From Vicugna vicugna (taxonomy: Eukaryota): a stretch of DNA of 64,000 bases. Each line of letters begins with the position of its first letter. Within the stretch, counting starts at the first letter, position 1. The stretch covers positions 2,073,111 through 2,137,110 of the forward strand of contig MU058824.1 in the NCBI GenBank assembly GCA_013265495.1. Reading direction: 5' to 3'. Both the position numbers and the translations under genes were made by a program. Positions 13,896 to 27,716 of the stretch are shown here, one piece after another. The notes under the pieces are model-generated. The model had not been told where the DNA came from. It searched no databases and saw only the letters and a list, made by a program, of their open reading frames with translations.

Positions 13896-16800
13896 TAGGA
13901 CGAACGACAATCTGTGCCATTATGAGGTTCTGCTGAGACCGAAAATGTAGACGATGAGGGTCCTCTGCGTGGTCTGCTGCTGCCACGCTCCTTAGGGTTC
14001 ACCCACGCTGATGGAAGCCTACGGACAAGTGGCCCTGGTAGTTGAGGATGTGGGGGAAAGCAAGAGGCTTTCAGCTGTGCCCCCTGAAAACCTCCCTGTA
14101 TGCTTGCTGCTTGTTCCCTCCACATGCTGCGACCCGCACAAGCCCATCCCTTGTCTTTCATGAAAAAACAGGACCCCTTTAAAATAAAACAAAATAAAAT
14201 TCATTCAACTGAAAAAAAATTAAAAAAAAAGAAAAAACAAGACCCCTTGGAAAACGCTCTTGTAGGGACCCATTTGTGGGTAACTCTGTCAGGGGAATTA
14301 CAGGTGAGGAGGAGACACATCTTAATAGGATGCAGAGGGATGAAACATGGCTACCCTTGCTTAGCACGGGGATGTTGCTGGTGAGGGACTGTAGGAACCT
14401 GTAGCAACACCTATTATGTTTTAGAAAAGACACCATATCTTGCAGTTACCAAGACTGAGTCTGTTTTCCAACCTGAGGGGCAGGCAGGACAGAGCTGGGG
14501 CTGTTATTTGTCAAGAAGGACACTAATATCCGGAGAAGGGAAGTGACTTGCCCAAGGTCACATTTTGAGCAAAGGCCCATAGAAATGTGGTGACTATCCC
14601 GGGGTTGTGAAGTAATCATCAAAACTATAACATATGGTGTTACTTAAAAAAAACTCTATGAGGTTTTCTTTAAAAACATTTAAAAAAATCAGAAACATTT
14701 ACTAGTAAATTGAGTCCGTACAGGGCTTTCAGACATCTTTTGGGAAATATGACTAGATGACATTAAAAATTTCTTCCAGCTATGAAATTTTATGAAATTT
14801 AGTGTTTACTGTGTCCTAGGTTCACGTAACTCTGTAAAGTACAGTTATCAGTTTGCAAGTAATTTCCCAAACAAATAGGTCTCCTGCCCAGTCAAGCATC
14901 CCTGACTGACTTACCAAAAAGTCTCAAGCCTGTTACTTACTTACTGTATCACCTAGTCATCAGTCTATTCCTTCCACTTCTACTCCCTCCTGTATGGCAA
15001 CTCTGTTACTTGATCAATTGTTCACTTCTTCTGCCAGGGATAACTAGAATTTAGAGCTAAAGGCAGAATTTCTATACAAGACTAGAAAGCAGAACTGTCA
15101 TCATGTATTATTGAGATCTTAATTTAACTCCCATTAAAGGGGAATTAAATTGACTGGATTAGTGAAGGTTCATTCTCCTCATTCCTCCTCAGAGAGATGA
15201 CTGAATCCATGTGGGTGCCGTATTTGGTGGTGGGATATGGGAATGGAGTTTTCCACAGATCAGGGGAGGTGTAGGACTTTCTAGAAAGTCTGTCTTGGTT
15301 GGGTGGGCCAAATTACATAAATTCTGCCTAATAATTCTGTCCAGTCTCCTTGCATGAGAACAAAGCATTGTACGCCCATCTGAACTGGCTGAAAACAGAA
15401 GTTAATAGCAGCTCTGTGGAAGCAGATACCCTACTTATCTTCTAATCCAGGAGTCCAGGCTCTGTCTGCTGCACCACACACTCTTCAGGGTGATAATTGC
15501 TGCTATTAATGTTTCCTGAGAAGCAAAGTATAGCACCCAATTTTAATAACAAAGACTGTGGCAATAATAATGTTCAACATCCTATTTTATTTTCATCAGA
15601 AAGACAAAGCCCATCAGTTAGAAGAGTTATGGGTAATTCGGGGTGATGCTGGTAGTCTCTGAAGATGGCTATTCTGTCTGGGTTTGTTTGAATTTCTGTC
15701 TTGACTGCCAAGAACATTCTGACACTTAAGAATAAGATATGCTTCTTGCTGATGGGGAGGGGAGGGCTCATTACACAGTTCTGGGACAGGCCTGGATCGT
15801 CTTTTCTTCCAGGGGAACATCAGACTTTGCTGCATGTCTCCCACACAGGTATCTCTCACGGCTGAGCAGGGCCGGCTTCCTTAAAATGAGATGAGAGTAC
15901 TAACAGAAAAGGGTGACGACACAGAACATAAAGAAGCACAAAGGAAGTCTTCATCCTCACAGTGAACTTGCCCAGGATCCATGCTGATAAAATCAGATCT
16001 GATCACATCCTGAGCTCCATCTGTTAAAGGTGCTCACAGTCACTTAGGAGAACGCCAGGGAGAAAAGACCTGGCAATCCATTTTCTGCCTGCTGAAGTAA
16101 CTCCTTCTCTTTCCTCTCCAACCTGGCTAAAAATATAACCAAAGTGTTAGCAAAACACACACACACACACACCCCGAAATACAAAAAAGCCTAACATTTG
16201 TTGAACAGATTGTGATAGAATATCAATTAGCTAAGTGTTTGGTATGCAAACATCCCCGATGCTAACTCACCCAGAGGGGGACTTGCAGGGAGGGGGAACA
16301 GAGAGTGTCAGAGAATTAGGGAGCAAGGCAGGCTGCCTCTAAGGGAAAGTGCTGGAGCCAAGGCTCACAACCTAGTTGACAGGTGAGAATGGTGCAATTG
16401 CCATTTATGTCCACCTAGGGGCGGCAGTTCTAGCCAGAGTGCCCTGACCTCAACTGGTTCAGGTGAGGACCGTTCACTTGAATGCACACCTTGTGCCAGG
16501 CCCCCGGCAGGCACTGGGTCTGAACCATTTGGAAGGCTGCAGTGCATCAGCAGTGTTTCCTTTCAGGCAGGGACTGATCTAGGTCATTCTAACTCTAAAC
16601 TTCAAGTCCAGGGGATAGAATTTGCTGGAAGCAGGGAGTTGAAGTTTCCAAACAATTAAGACTAAAGCATCATGTTAGGTCTTAGTACATATTCTATGCC
16701 AGAGTAGCTAAAACTCCAAGGGGTGAAGAAAGAGCAGAAATAGGAGAGGTTACTGTTCAACTTTATACCCTGTGGAGAGTATCTGATATGAATAACAGTG

Positions 16801-17529
16801 GGTCCATGGCAGGCCAGGGAATGAGTTGGGTCTCTTGCTCTGTCCCTTTTAAATTATAAACCAGTCACTGCAAAGGGCAGTTTGGTTTTAGGATAATTTG
16901 GACATGATCTAGAAGTTCTGTGAAGTGAAAAGAACTCACTGATTAAGCCAGCATTTCCTGAGAGGTGGTGTGCATTCATTCCACTTGGGACAGTGCAGAT
17001 AATTTCAGATAAAACATTGTCTATTTTAATAGTTCAGTATTTTAATGTGCCTTAGAAGAATTATAATTTGTTATACCACAAACCTGTGATTTCACAGGTG
17101 ATACTGTTGCTTTTCCATTTACAATGGTGACAGAACATTTCCATTTTAAATACTGCTAGTAAATAAGCTTATTTGAAGAAAAACATTAAGTAAATAACAC
17201 TACCGAAGATGTTATTACAAGAATATGGCAAAAAATCACAAAGATGGGATGTAATTGGAAAGTTTGGGAAATACTTCATTAAGCCAGGGGATGAGGTAGA
17301 TTGGCTTGTAGACAGAAATGTTCGGAATAGCAGGCAGGGGTAGGGAGAATGGTAGAACTTTCAGAGGATCTGGATTCCGGTTCGGAACTGCCACTAAGCC
17401 TGTGTGACATTGGCCCCTCTCTGGCTCTCCAGTTCTGTATCTATGAAACAACTCTCACGCCTTGCTTGGATTTATTATTTAGTCGCTCTGTTTCACTTAT
17501 TGTTATTGAGATTATGAACAATCAGTAAT

Positions 17530-19100
17530 GACAGCAGGAGCATTAAGGGCTGCTGTATGCTGGATGCTTTCCAAAAGTCATCCCTCTTAGTTCTCATAAT
17601 AGTCATGAAAGGTAGGTGTCAAAATGCCCATTCCGTATGTGAGGGAATCGAGGCTGGAAGATCTCAAGTAACTTGCCCAAGGCCACACAGAACCTGATTT
17701 GAATGAACTTAGGTCTGACTCCAGAGGCTGTGTTTGTTCCTCTGAGCTTGGCTGCATGGTCGCAGTGAATTCCTGTTCAGCCTCCAAACTGAGCCTGAAA
17801 TCACCTATTCCAGGAAGACTGCTTTGACCTCATCTCTCCATCTTGGTTTGATGTCTGTCCTCTGTGTTCCCTTCATTTTCCACATACGCTGTTTTGCATA
17901 TTTGCCTTTGTACCCCCAGGGCCCCACATACTTTGGGGCACAGAGTAGATAGTCAACAAATTGCAGAAAGAGAGCATGGAGAGAGAAGGGAGGAAGAAAG
18001 GAGGGAGAGGGGATCGAAAAAGAAAACAAATTGCTACCTTATTTTATTAAATATGAAAGAAGTAGAATGGAGAGGCAGGAGAGTAGGTTGGTTAAGCATA
18101 TGGCCTTTTAGATCCAAACTACCCAGTTTTGCCACTTACTAAGCGTGCGACTTAGGGAACAGATTCAATGCCTGTGCTTCAGTTTCTTCATCTACAAAAC
18201 AGGGATATCAATAGTATCTACCTTAAAAGACTTAAAGACTAAATGAATTAGTGTATATAAAGTGCTTAGAGCAGTGTCTGGGATACGGTGGGCAGATGTT
18301 CAATAAATATTGGCTATTATTATTATTATTTCTGTGAAATTAATAAAAGGGGAAAAACTTAACACTACTGTAAAGTTAAAAAAAAACCCCAAAACACTGT
18401 GTTACACACATAGGGCCTCCTCATTTTCCCAGGTCTACTTGTTGACCAATGCAGAGTCATTCCAAGGAAGCTATGAATAAAGAGAATTACAGCTGGAGGA
18501 TACACAATATAATATCCTTATTTTTCCACTTCTGTGGCAGCAGAAGTAAACACTCCACCTCTACTCTCAGAACATTTGGAAACATTGATATTAAAATGAT
18601 CATTCTGTATTATATTTTAAATTTAGTTTACTTGTCTATCACCCTCAGACTGAGTTCCTTGGAGGAAAGGACTCCTGTTTGATTCTTCTGTATGTCTCCA
18701 ATGCTTAGCAGAGGGGCTGGCAAGAAATAAATGTTCAATAAATGTTTGCTGAATAAATCTTATAGAAAAGATGTGTACACATGAACAATAAAATTTTTAA
18801 AATTATGTGATATTTACCACAATAGAGGCTCAGATCAGTTGTCACTATAGCTCAGAAAGAAGAGATTACCTCTGTGTAGGAAAAGGTAGTAGAAAGGAAT
18901 GGTTAAATCTGTGGCCTTCAGAATCAGACTGCCTTGGTTTTGAGCCCGAATTATGGCACTTACGAAGCTCATGCGATCTTGGGATGTAACCTAACGTCTT
19001 TATACCATAATTTCCTTATCTGTGAAGTGGGGATAATATTGGTTAGAAGAACTAAATGAGATAATGTGTGTAACATGTCAGATACCTACTATGTGTTTGT
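17530..19100. mobile_element. Cluster of MIR and L2 fragments
   Basis: MIR cores (aagtaacttgcccaaggccacacag; gcttcagtttcttcatct...aaagtgcttagagcag) and L2 tail (caataaatgtttgctgaataaat). Confidence 0.65.
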
Positions 19101-19299
19101 AGAGTGGCTAACACATCATAATCATCGTCATCATCAAAGGCTTTGTGATGGAGGCACACACCATCTGGATGGGCGGACACAAGGGAAGAGCACTGAACAG
19201 CCAGGAGGTGTGAGTAAAGGTAAGGGTGTTAGAAAGAGTCAAGGCCAAACAGGGAGAGCAAGTGGCATGATTTAATTGAAACATTGGGGTTTTTTAGGA

Positions 19300-20300
19300 A
19301 AGTGATGGGAGGGAACATTGGGAAGTTGGCTTTAAAAGTCAGGCCAATGTATTTAGTCTTTATTCTACAAGTAATACTGAGACTTTACAGGATTCTGAAC
19401 AGGGTAGAGAGCAGTTCAGAGCCAGTTATATGGGGAATTTCTAGCTGTTTGTGCAGGACGGTCTGGGGAAGGTGAGGGGAGATGGAAGCAAATAAACCAC
19501 TTAGAAAGCTTTTCCAATACTTCCAATGAGAAGCTGAGGTCCCCCTCTGGGATGATGGTATGGGAAAGGAAGAGAGGGGGTGAGCATGTGGGACACTAGG
19601 AAGAATGAACTCATAGAACTGTGTTCTACTGGATGTGGAATGCAGAGTGAGGAGGTGGGGTCAAAGACAGCTCTGAAGGTTTAGAACTGATGGCCAGGAA
19701 CATGGTGCTACCATTCTATAGTAGAATAGTTAAGAATAGCAGAAATAAAGTACAGAGGAGACTGCTCTTAGGGGGAAGACATATTTGCTTTTTGCTGTGC
19801 TAAGATTAAGGTGCAGTGGGACATTCAGGTGAGGAATGATACTCAGGAGACACTCGAAAATGTGATCTTGGAACTCAGGTAATTTTCTGCATAGAGGTAA
19901 TAGTGAAAGCTATACAGTTGGATCTTCTAAGAAGAGTAAGAGAGAAAAGGATCAGGGAGTCGTCCTTGGGAAGTACCTCCCATGGCTTGAGGAGTGAAAG
20001 AGGAGTGTGTGAAGGAGGAGGAGGAGAAGAGGAGGGAGAGGGTGAAGAACACATTACCATAGAAGCCAAGAATAGAGAGACCGAAGTGCTCAGAGGACTC
20101 ATGAGCTACAGTGAGGTCATAGAACAAGGACTGAGAATGGACCACCGGACTTGGCCATTGGGAAGTCATTTATGACTTATGAGAGAACAGTATGTGGAAG
20201 AGAAAACTGAATTGCAGATGCAAAGGAATGAAGACGTGATGTGGGGAAAAAGAAGCAGTAGACTTGAGAGTACACTGTTAGTTCCGAAAGTTCAGAAACA
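19300..20300 (-). mobile_element. L2 fragment
   Basis: Purine-rich antisense L2 text (ggatgtgg...gagtgagg; ggtgctaccatt; ggccattggg); boundaries approximate. Confidence 0.55.
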
Positions 20301-21764
20301 TGAGGATAGTGATGCAATGGGGGCTCAAGGTGGGGGCAGAATTGTTCTTCCCTAGATAAATGACCACCCACCAATGTTTATGCACAGATCCTTATTGTTT
20401 ATACATGAAGAAATAGAAAGCAATATTGATGGAGGAGGCCGGAGGAGGGACTTCGCAACTAATGAGATTGAAAGTCAGGTTACAGCCATTCTGAAGTCAC
20501 AGAGTGTGTTATCTGCATGTGTCGAGCAGCATCTGTTTTAGCACAGACAGAGCTTATTTATCATGCATCAACAGACTGTGGAGAGAGGGAAACCAGAAAC
20601 TCTCCTCACTAAGGAAAACAAAGCTTGATCCACTGTTTGAAAAGAATTCAAAAGCCTTGAAAAAGTATTTTGGCAAGGAAAGAACACCAAGAAACATAAG
20701 TGTATTACATCTTCCCTTTCTTGACTTTCCCACCCACCCTGGGAAAATGCCCTGATGCATCCTTAGAGTGCTCTAATCATACTATCAACACTGCCCGAGT
20801 TCGCCTCATGCCTATCTGCACAGTGCTCTTCATTTTACAAAAAGCTCTCATGATCTCGTTCATCCTCACAGAATCCTTGTGAAGAATTACTTTTTCTCTG
20901 TTTTTCTGAGGATCAGAAAGAATCGAGCGATTTCCGCTGAAATCACACAGCTGGGAAATGGTAGAGCCCCAAATCCCTTGCTCTTTTCCCCACGTGTTTT
21001 CAAATACCAGTTCACGTGGTCTTCACAGTAGAACACTCCACATATGGTATGACAAGCCAAAGTGGAGCAGGACTCTGAGCGCCCTCATTGCTATAATTCT
21101 ATTGACATAGCCTAAAACTACATTAGCTTTGGGGTACTTTTACCAGCTCACGTTTCTGACTAAGTAATATCCAGTGCTCCCTTTTCACTCCCATCATAAA
21201 GAGCCCCAGGGAGGAGTTCTTAGTGGTGTGCTTCCCTCCCTCCCACATCTGCGCAGTTCAGTCAGGCCTCTGAAATGCATGGCCTCAGTACCTGCTCCAG
21301 ATGGATCAAGAGGCAGGAGAGCAACTCTCTCCCTCGATACCTAGTTTGGTCTGGTAGGAAGAAGGCCAGACTTGGAGGCTGCAGGCTCAGGTTTCATGCT
21401 CAGACTACTGGTCTAGCTCTGTGACCCCCATAAAATTACTCTCCACTCTGAGCACCAGTGTCTTGACCTGAAAAATGAGGATACTAACAGCTATTTTATA
21501 AGATGGCCACAGAGATTCAGGGAAACACTTGTGACAGTAGGGCCCTCTGCTGGGTTTGATATTCTGCTGTAGCTGTCTTGAAATTCGTAATAGTTTTTGC
21601 AAGAGGAGCTCTGCATTTTCATTTTGGACAGGGCCCTGCAAATTATATAGCTAGTCCTGTCTGCCTGTCCTTGGCCAAGTCACTTAGCCTTTCTGGGCTC
21701 CAATCCATAATTAATTAAATTGTTAGGAAATGAATTGTTAGGACAACTCTCAATCCTTTCTCTA

Positions 21765-22660
21765 CTCTAGCTATTGGCAGAATTTGACACAATTGATCAC
21801 TCTTTCCTCCTTGAAACATCTTTTTCCACCTGGCTTCCAGAAAACTGCATTTTTCTGGTTTTTCTCCACCTTACTGGCTGTTACTCTGCTGTTTTCTCCC
21901 TAATCTATTAGCACGTCTGAAACTAAACTCCTGATCATCTCTTGCAGACCTGCTCCTCCCAGTCTTCCTCTGTTAATGGTAACGATCTTTTAAGTCGCTC
22001 AGACCAAAACCCTTGTTAAAGTATTTGACTCTTTATCGCTCACTCCACACCTAATTTGTAAGCTACTCCAGTCTGATCACTGCTCTACCACTCCCGTCAC
22101 AGTTCAGGTCTTAGTCCTTTCACCTGGATTATGCAGGATCCTTCTAACTGGTCCCCCTGCTTCCACCTCCGCCTCTCTCCCCATGGTCTGTTCTAAACAC
22201 AGTAGGCAAAATAATCCTTTTAAAATATAGGTTAGAGGGTATCACTCCTCTCTTCAAAACCATCCCAGGACTATTAATCTCTATCAGAGCAGGAATCTCT
22301 ACAAGGGGCAATAAGCTACCTCTCTGAACACACCTCCCCACTACTCCCTCGCCTCAGGCCATTTGCCAGTGCCCCTCTGCCTGCAGTGTCCTCCCAGATG
22401 GCAGCCTGGCTGGCCCCTCACCTCCTCCAGTTCTGCTCAACTGTCACCCTGCTTAAAATAGCAACCACCATCAGCTTTCCCACCTCATTCTTTATCCTAT
22501 CATTCCCTGCTCACTTTCCTTCAAAGCGCTCATCACCATCAGATACATATTTTATTTATTTGCTTATTGTTTATCTCTTTCCATTAGAATGTAGGCTCTG
22601 TAAGGGCAGAGACCTTTTATCTTTTAACTGCTATATCTCCAGCCCATGGGTCAGTGCCAC
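21765..22660 (+). mobile_element. L2 fragment (RT region to 3' end)
   Basis: tttgacacaattgatcactctttcctccttgaaaca reads FDTIDHSFLLET (L2 RT motif); 3' tagaatgtaggctctgtaagggcagaga. Confidence 0.7.
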
Positions 22661-23896
22661 TGAATGACAGCAGAAAGAGCCCTGGAGCAGATGATGGCAT
22701 TATTACTATTATTCAGTCATGGCAGCATCAGCTGCTCTGAGTATATAAAGTACTTTCACAGTCTGCACGCCCACGAGGCCGGCCCTGCATTCAGGAGTGA
22801 GGGTGTTTATGGGGACCACTCTGGGTGAAGCCTCCTACTGGATTATACTGTGGGGACAGAAAGGTGCATCAGCAGTGGTAACCACCTCTCAGAGTTTGGG
22901 GCCTAGAGGCAGGTTTCATGTATCTATGCAAAGAACTCTGGAACAAGGCAACTTTTGTTAAAAATATCCAGCCTTTAATGTCTAACATCTCACATTCTGG
23001 TCATGACTCTAGACTTTACTACCGAGGGGAAAGGACAATGAACTATGGCTTGAACTTAGTGCCTGGCTATTTTTGTCCCAGACAAGTTCCTGCTGTGGCT
23101 TGCTTATCACACGAGGGACACCTTGCCTGACTTCCAATCTAGTTTGCTCCAAACTCCCTCCACTGGCCCCCTCCACCCAATATTGCTCCCTCATTACTGT
23201 TAACTTGAGACCCCACCCTCATATAGTCCCTCAATATTGTGCTCCTAAGATACTGGAACATGCGGCAGGGTGGAGTCAACTTAAGAAGGGTGCCACTTAG
23301 GAAAGTGTAAAGGATCTAAATATTACTTCCTCCCAATAAAGATGTGCATATCTCTATGAACCTACAGTACACAGAACTCAGAGACCAACATCTGTCCACC
23401 TTTGTAAGTCTGACAGTCTTCCTCAGTATGCAGCGCAGAGTAGGCTTTCAGGAAGGTTTGAATCGTTGAACCCGGTGTTGTAAGCTTTAAGGATGATTGT
23501 ATTTAAGAAGCAATTCTGCATCTTTGGTAAGGTGCCCCAGAAGTATTCTGAAATGCTATCTTATTTCAGTATCATAAGAAACAACCTAATCAGTAAGAAC
23601 AAAATATCTCAAATAAAGGGACTAGTTTTCAAAATACCAGTTTACATTATAAAACGCCTTTTATAATCTTCAAAGCTACTTGTACTTGATTTTTAAAACC
23701 CTGTTTCTGAAAATCCAAAAATTATCAAGAGATAAATGACAAATTATGCCTTCCATTCCCTACAGGACTCCTTTGAATAGGGACTCCATGATATTATCTG
23801 AATTTTTAGAGATTTATTTACAAGAAAGGCTTGGGGGAACTGAGAAACTTCAAGCTAGAGCTTAGGATCTTGTAATTAAAAACCACATTAAGTTTT

Positions 23897-24035
23897 TTTT
23901 CTGATTTATTTATTTTTGGGGGGATGTAATTAGATTTATTTATTTTTATTTATGTTTTAGAGGAGGTACGGAGAATTGAACCCAGGACCTTATACATGCT
24001 AAACATGCATTCTCCACTTGAGATATTCCCTCCCC
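23897..24035 (-). mobile_element. tRNA-derived SINE (camelid Vic-type), long form
   Basis: Antisense gaattgaacccaggacct; TSD cattaagtttt at 23886-23896 and 24037-24047. Confidence 0.85.
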
Positions 24036-25499
24036 GCATTAAGTTTTGATGGTGGGCACTTGAGTGTCTTGTTATATAATTCTCAGTACTTTTCAGTGTG
24101 TTTGAAAAGCTTGCTTCTCTCATAGTTCATATCACACATACATTCTCATACCCAGGTTAAATTAAGCATAAGAAGATGACCCATTTTATAAGTAACAGTT
24201 GCTGCCAGCAATAAGTAAGAAAACCTGGGGCAGCTAAATCCTTGCCTTTATCGGTTCTCAGTTTCTCTGCATATAAAATAGGGGGAGGGACTAGACGGTT
24301 TAGGAAGCTCTTCCAATTCTAACGCCTTAAGAGTCTATGGAAGTAGGGAGCATCTATTCACATCGTAAAGGTTTTCTTTTTATAAAGGATTCCCTTCAGA
24401 TTTTTTTCTGAGTTTCTTTAGTGCATTTAAACTGGGAATTGGCTTACCAAAATCTGGTCACTATATTTTTGTTATTAACAACAGCACCTAACACTTGTTA
24501 AACAAGTTCAATATGCTAGGTACCATGTATTCAATATGCCAGGCACATATAAAATGCTTTACATGGATTATTCCATTCAATCATCCCCAAACCCCACAAA
24601 GTACATACCAATATTGTCCCATATTGTAGGTAGGTAAATGGGCTCCAAGACTATCTAACTTGTCTAAAATCACTGAATTAGGGAATGTGGCAACTCTGGA
24701 ATTCAGACTCTCTTCAGTTCAGTCTTTGACTCCAGACCTGTCGTTAAGCCTACCTCTCACAGGCTGGTTGCCCATATCAGGAGGTGGTCAGTGTTCCTTT
24801 CTTAGGTGAACAATCCTCATCCTCTATGCTTCCTTGTCTTCATAAATGGGGTGACCGAATGGAGATGGGCGATTCCTTTGGTTTCAACTTAATTTCTGTG
24901 ACAGAATGTGCTGATATTTTCACTAAGAAATGCTTTTTGACCTTCCCTGGATGAGTCACAGTGGATTTCACTAGTTCTTGAGTCACCTGTGAATGATCAG
25001 GTGAGCAGAAGCGGGTCCAAATTTGCTTTGAATTCCTAATTTAGTTCTTTATGTCTATTATCTAAGTCTAACAGCGTTTATAACAAAGCTTTCCATCACT
25101 TTGCATAAGATTAAGGTGAAAAAATGTCATATGCAGGAAAACAATGTAAGATTAATTTCAAATCTTCATAATTTTCACCTTCATTATGTTCAATTTCACA
25201 AGAACTGTGTGAGTTAGGCAAGTCAGGAATTATTTACCCACTTTGCAAATGAGGAAAGAGAGTCACAAAAAGGGGAAGCGACTTGCTCAAGGACATCGAG
25301 CTGGTTAGCTGCTAGACCTGGTGTTCTTCCTACACTATGCCACCTCTGTATGTAAAAAGGAACACCAGACTCAGGCACTTCTTAGCAGACAGAGCCAAAT
25401 GACTTGTGTACTGGAGGCTGTGACATATCAGCCTGTGGCCGTGGGGCTCCCTGTATAACCAGCTACTATGCTAGAGAATGAGGACAGAGCACCAGCCAT

Positions 25500-25600
25500 G
25501 CTCCTTGCTCACACCTGTGCAGTACGATAAACAAAGTAGAAGTAGCCAGCAGCTGTGGTCCAACCAGATAAAACTTTTAGGCGGGAAGTCAAGTGACAAG
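25500..25600 (+). promoter_or_regulatory. HEMGN: HEMGN proximal haematopoietic promoter
   Basis: E-box CACCTG 25512, GATAA 25526, E-box CAGCTG 25550, RUNX TGTGGT 25554, AGATAA 25566, ETS GGAAGT about 25584; 110-200 nt upstream of the ATG. Confidence 0.65.
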
Positions 25601-25708
25601 TGAACTTGTGTGTCTGTGTGTGTGTTTTTAACTGTTAGTTACTTTTGACATTTTAAAAAAGGCTTCTTGTGGAAGTCAGACCAAATAGCAAGAAGGTATT
25701 GCAGCAAG

Positions 25709-25787
25709 ATGGATTTGGAAAAGGACCAATCTCATCTGATGATTCATCAGACACCTGATCCTCATCAAGAAGAGAAGCATGTTCCAG
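25709..25787 (+). CDS. HEMGN: Hemogen coding exon 1 (MDLEKDQSHLMIHQTPDPHQEEKHVP)
   Basis: Resembles recalled human HEMGN N-terminus MDLGKDQSHL..HQTPDPHQEE; aagATGg Kozak; donor CAG|GTAATG; 79 nt. Confidence 0.93.
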
Positions 25788-26239
25788 GTAATGAAGAGAC
25801 CTTAAGAGGTGGTGGCTGTTGGGAAGGATTTGGGCTATGATTATTTTCCTCTTTTTATGGACCTGGCCAAAAAAGGGGCATAATTGGGTATGTTCATATA
25901 TTAAGTGGGAAAAATTGGGGCTCTATAATTTTCTGAGGTGGCTTCAGGTGCTCAGATTCCAATAAGCCAGAGAAATACAAGGAAATAATAAATAAATAAA
26001 TTATTAATAAAATATATAAATGAAAGATAATGAAAACACTCACTACTGGATGGTTGTGGTAAAACAAGTACACTTTACCTATTTGGTAACATAAATGTTG
26101 TGTAACTTTTGGAAAGAGACCTGGCAATAGATAGTAAATATAATAGTGTTTATTCTTTTGCTCACTGATCTTAATCTTTGGATCTATCCTAAAGCAGCAT
26201 TTCTCAAAATGTTTTGCAGAACCCTAGGCCTCGAGACAA

Positions 26240-26695
26240 TGATTTAAAACTTTTTTATGCCATGGATCCCTTTGGCATTCTGATGAACCTCTACACCCCT
26301 TTTTAGACTAGATACTTTAAATACATAAAATTAAATACATAGAATTACAAAAGAAAGAATTATATTAAGATACAGTTATCAAAATAAGAATTGTGATATA
26401 GTAATATATACGCTTCTTTATAGATGTATTAAATAACAAGATCCAATGGTGGAGTTAATAACCATTGTATCAAATCAAATATATTATCTCAAATAAATGA
26501 TATTTTAAGGTATCTGCAATAACTAATGTGATATGAAAAGAAATCTGTAATTTCTTTTCATGACAAAGACACACACTGCTAGAATTTATCATTGTTTGTT
26601 ACCTACATTCATAATTGAAGGATATGGTCCTTTAATTTTAATTGGAGATTGATCAAAATAAAGGAATACTCTTCCCCCATCCAAGTTCACCATTA
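26240..26695. mobile_element. Probable hAT-Charlie-type DNA transposon fragment in HEMGN intron 1
   Basis: ccatggatccctttggcattctgatgaacc...aaatacatagaattacaaaagaaa; family assignment from recall only. Confidence 0.4.
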
Positions 26696-26709
26696 AGAAC
26701 TTCTGTCCT

Positions 26710-26864
26710 GGGGGAAAGGTATAGCTCAGTGGTAGAGTGCAGTGCTTAGCATGCACGAGGTTCTGGGTTCAATCCCTGGTACCTCCATCAAAATAACTAA
26801 TAATAAATGAATAAACAAACCTAATTATCTCCCCTCAAAAAGACAAAAACAAACAAACAAAAAA
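26710..26864 (+). mobile_element. tRNA-derived SINE (camelid Vic-type), long form
   Basis: A-box tagctcagtgg, B-box ggttcaatccc, A-rich tail, 15-bp TSD aaga(a/g)cttctgtcct at 26695-26709 and 26865-26879. Confidence 0.9.
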
Positions 26865-27716
26865 AAGAGCTTCTGTCCTAAGAACAAAGGGTGCCATGGT
26901 CCAAGGGACATATTCTCTTTTGGGGATCCCCAAGCACATTTACAATCACTCCATAGGCTCTAAGAAGTTCTACGTCAAAGACCCATTTCAACTTTTCACA
27001 AACTTGGATGGCAACAGAACTCTTCTTGATAATAACTTTTATATTCCAAAGAACTTAAAGAAACATCATCTTAAGGAAAAAATTCCAAAAGAAAATAAAA
27101 AACCTGTATGCATGAAATACTCATTACAGTTTGATCTAAAATGGCAACCCCCCCCCAAAATTGGCAACAACCTAAATATTCAAGACAAGTGGAATGAGTT
27201 GATAAATGAGAATATATCCACTTAATTAGTATCATGTAGTTGCTAAAGTTATAATTATAAAGACTAGATGATGGAAAATATTTCTGATACATTGTTAGGT
27301 TGATAAGTGATTAAATTGTGTTATGTTATCATTACAATTTTGTGTAATACAAGGACTAAATGAATATGAGGAATGAAATGAAAACAGATTACAATGTGTG
27401 GGACAGCAGAACATGGTTGATTTTTTTCTTCTATGTTGCACCATATGCACAATATTTGGGAGAAATTAATAGGTTGGTTGCATACTTATGTATAAATACT
27501 GACCTTTTCATTTAAAAAATGTTGACTAAATGTTTGTTCCCAGGCATTCCTTAGAGGCACAGGGATAAATAAGATATAGTCCTTGTCCTCAAAAGAAAAA
27601 CTTAGGAGAAAAACTTAGATACCAAGTATAGGGATTCTGCCACTTTGCTATATGACTCTTTTGCTGTTATGTGCAATCCGTAACTATCTCCTATAACTTT
27701 TATTTTGATCCTACAG

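Noticed and set aside
16393..16428. CTCF-like motif tgcaattgcc...gtccacctaggggcggcag
   Set aside because: Mismatches at high-information core positions in both orientations; unsupported without a PWM scan or ChIP data
23722..23735. Inverted GATA pair TTATCaagaGATAA
   Set aside because: AT-rich context with no partner motifs; could easily arise by chance
155..25500. Many 60-120 aa ORFs in the upstream region
   Set aside because: They fall in repeats or are of random length, many start at non-ATG codons, and they show no coherent exon structure or homology (except the L1 ORF2 remnant)
26710..26790. tRNA-like sequences with A and B boxes (also at 7321, 23897, 29726, 38504)
   Set aside because: A-rich tails, TSDs and degenerate stems show they are SINEs, not tRNA genes
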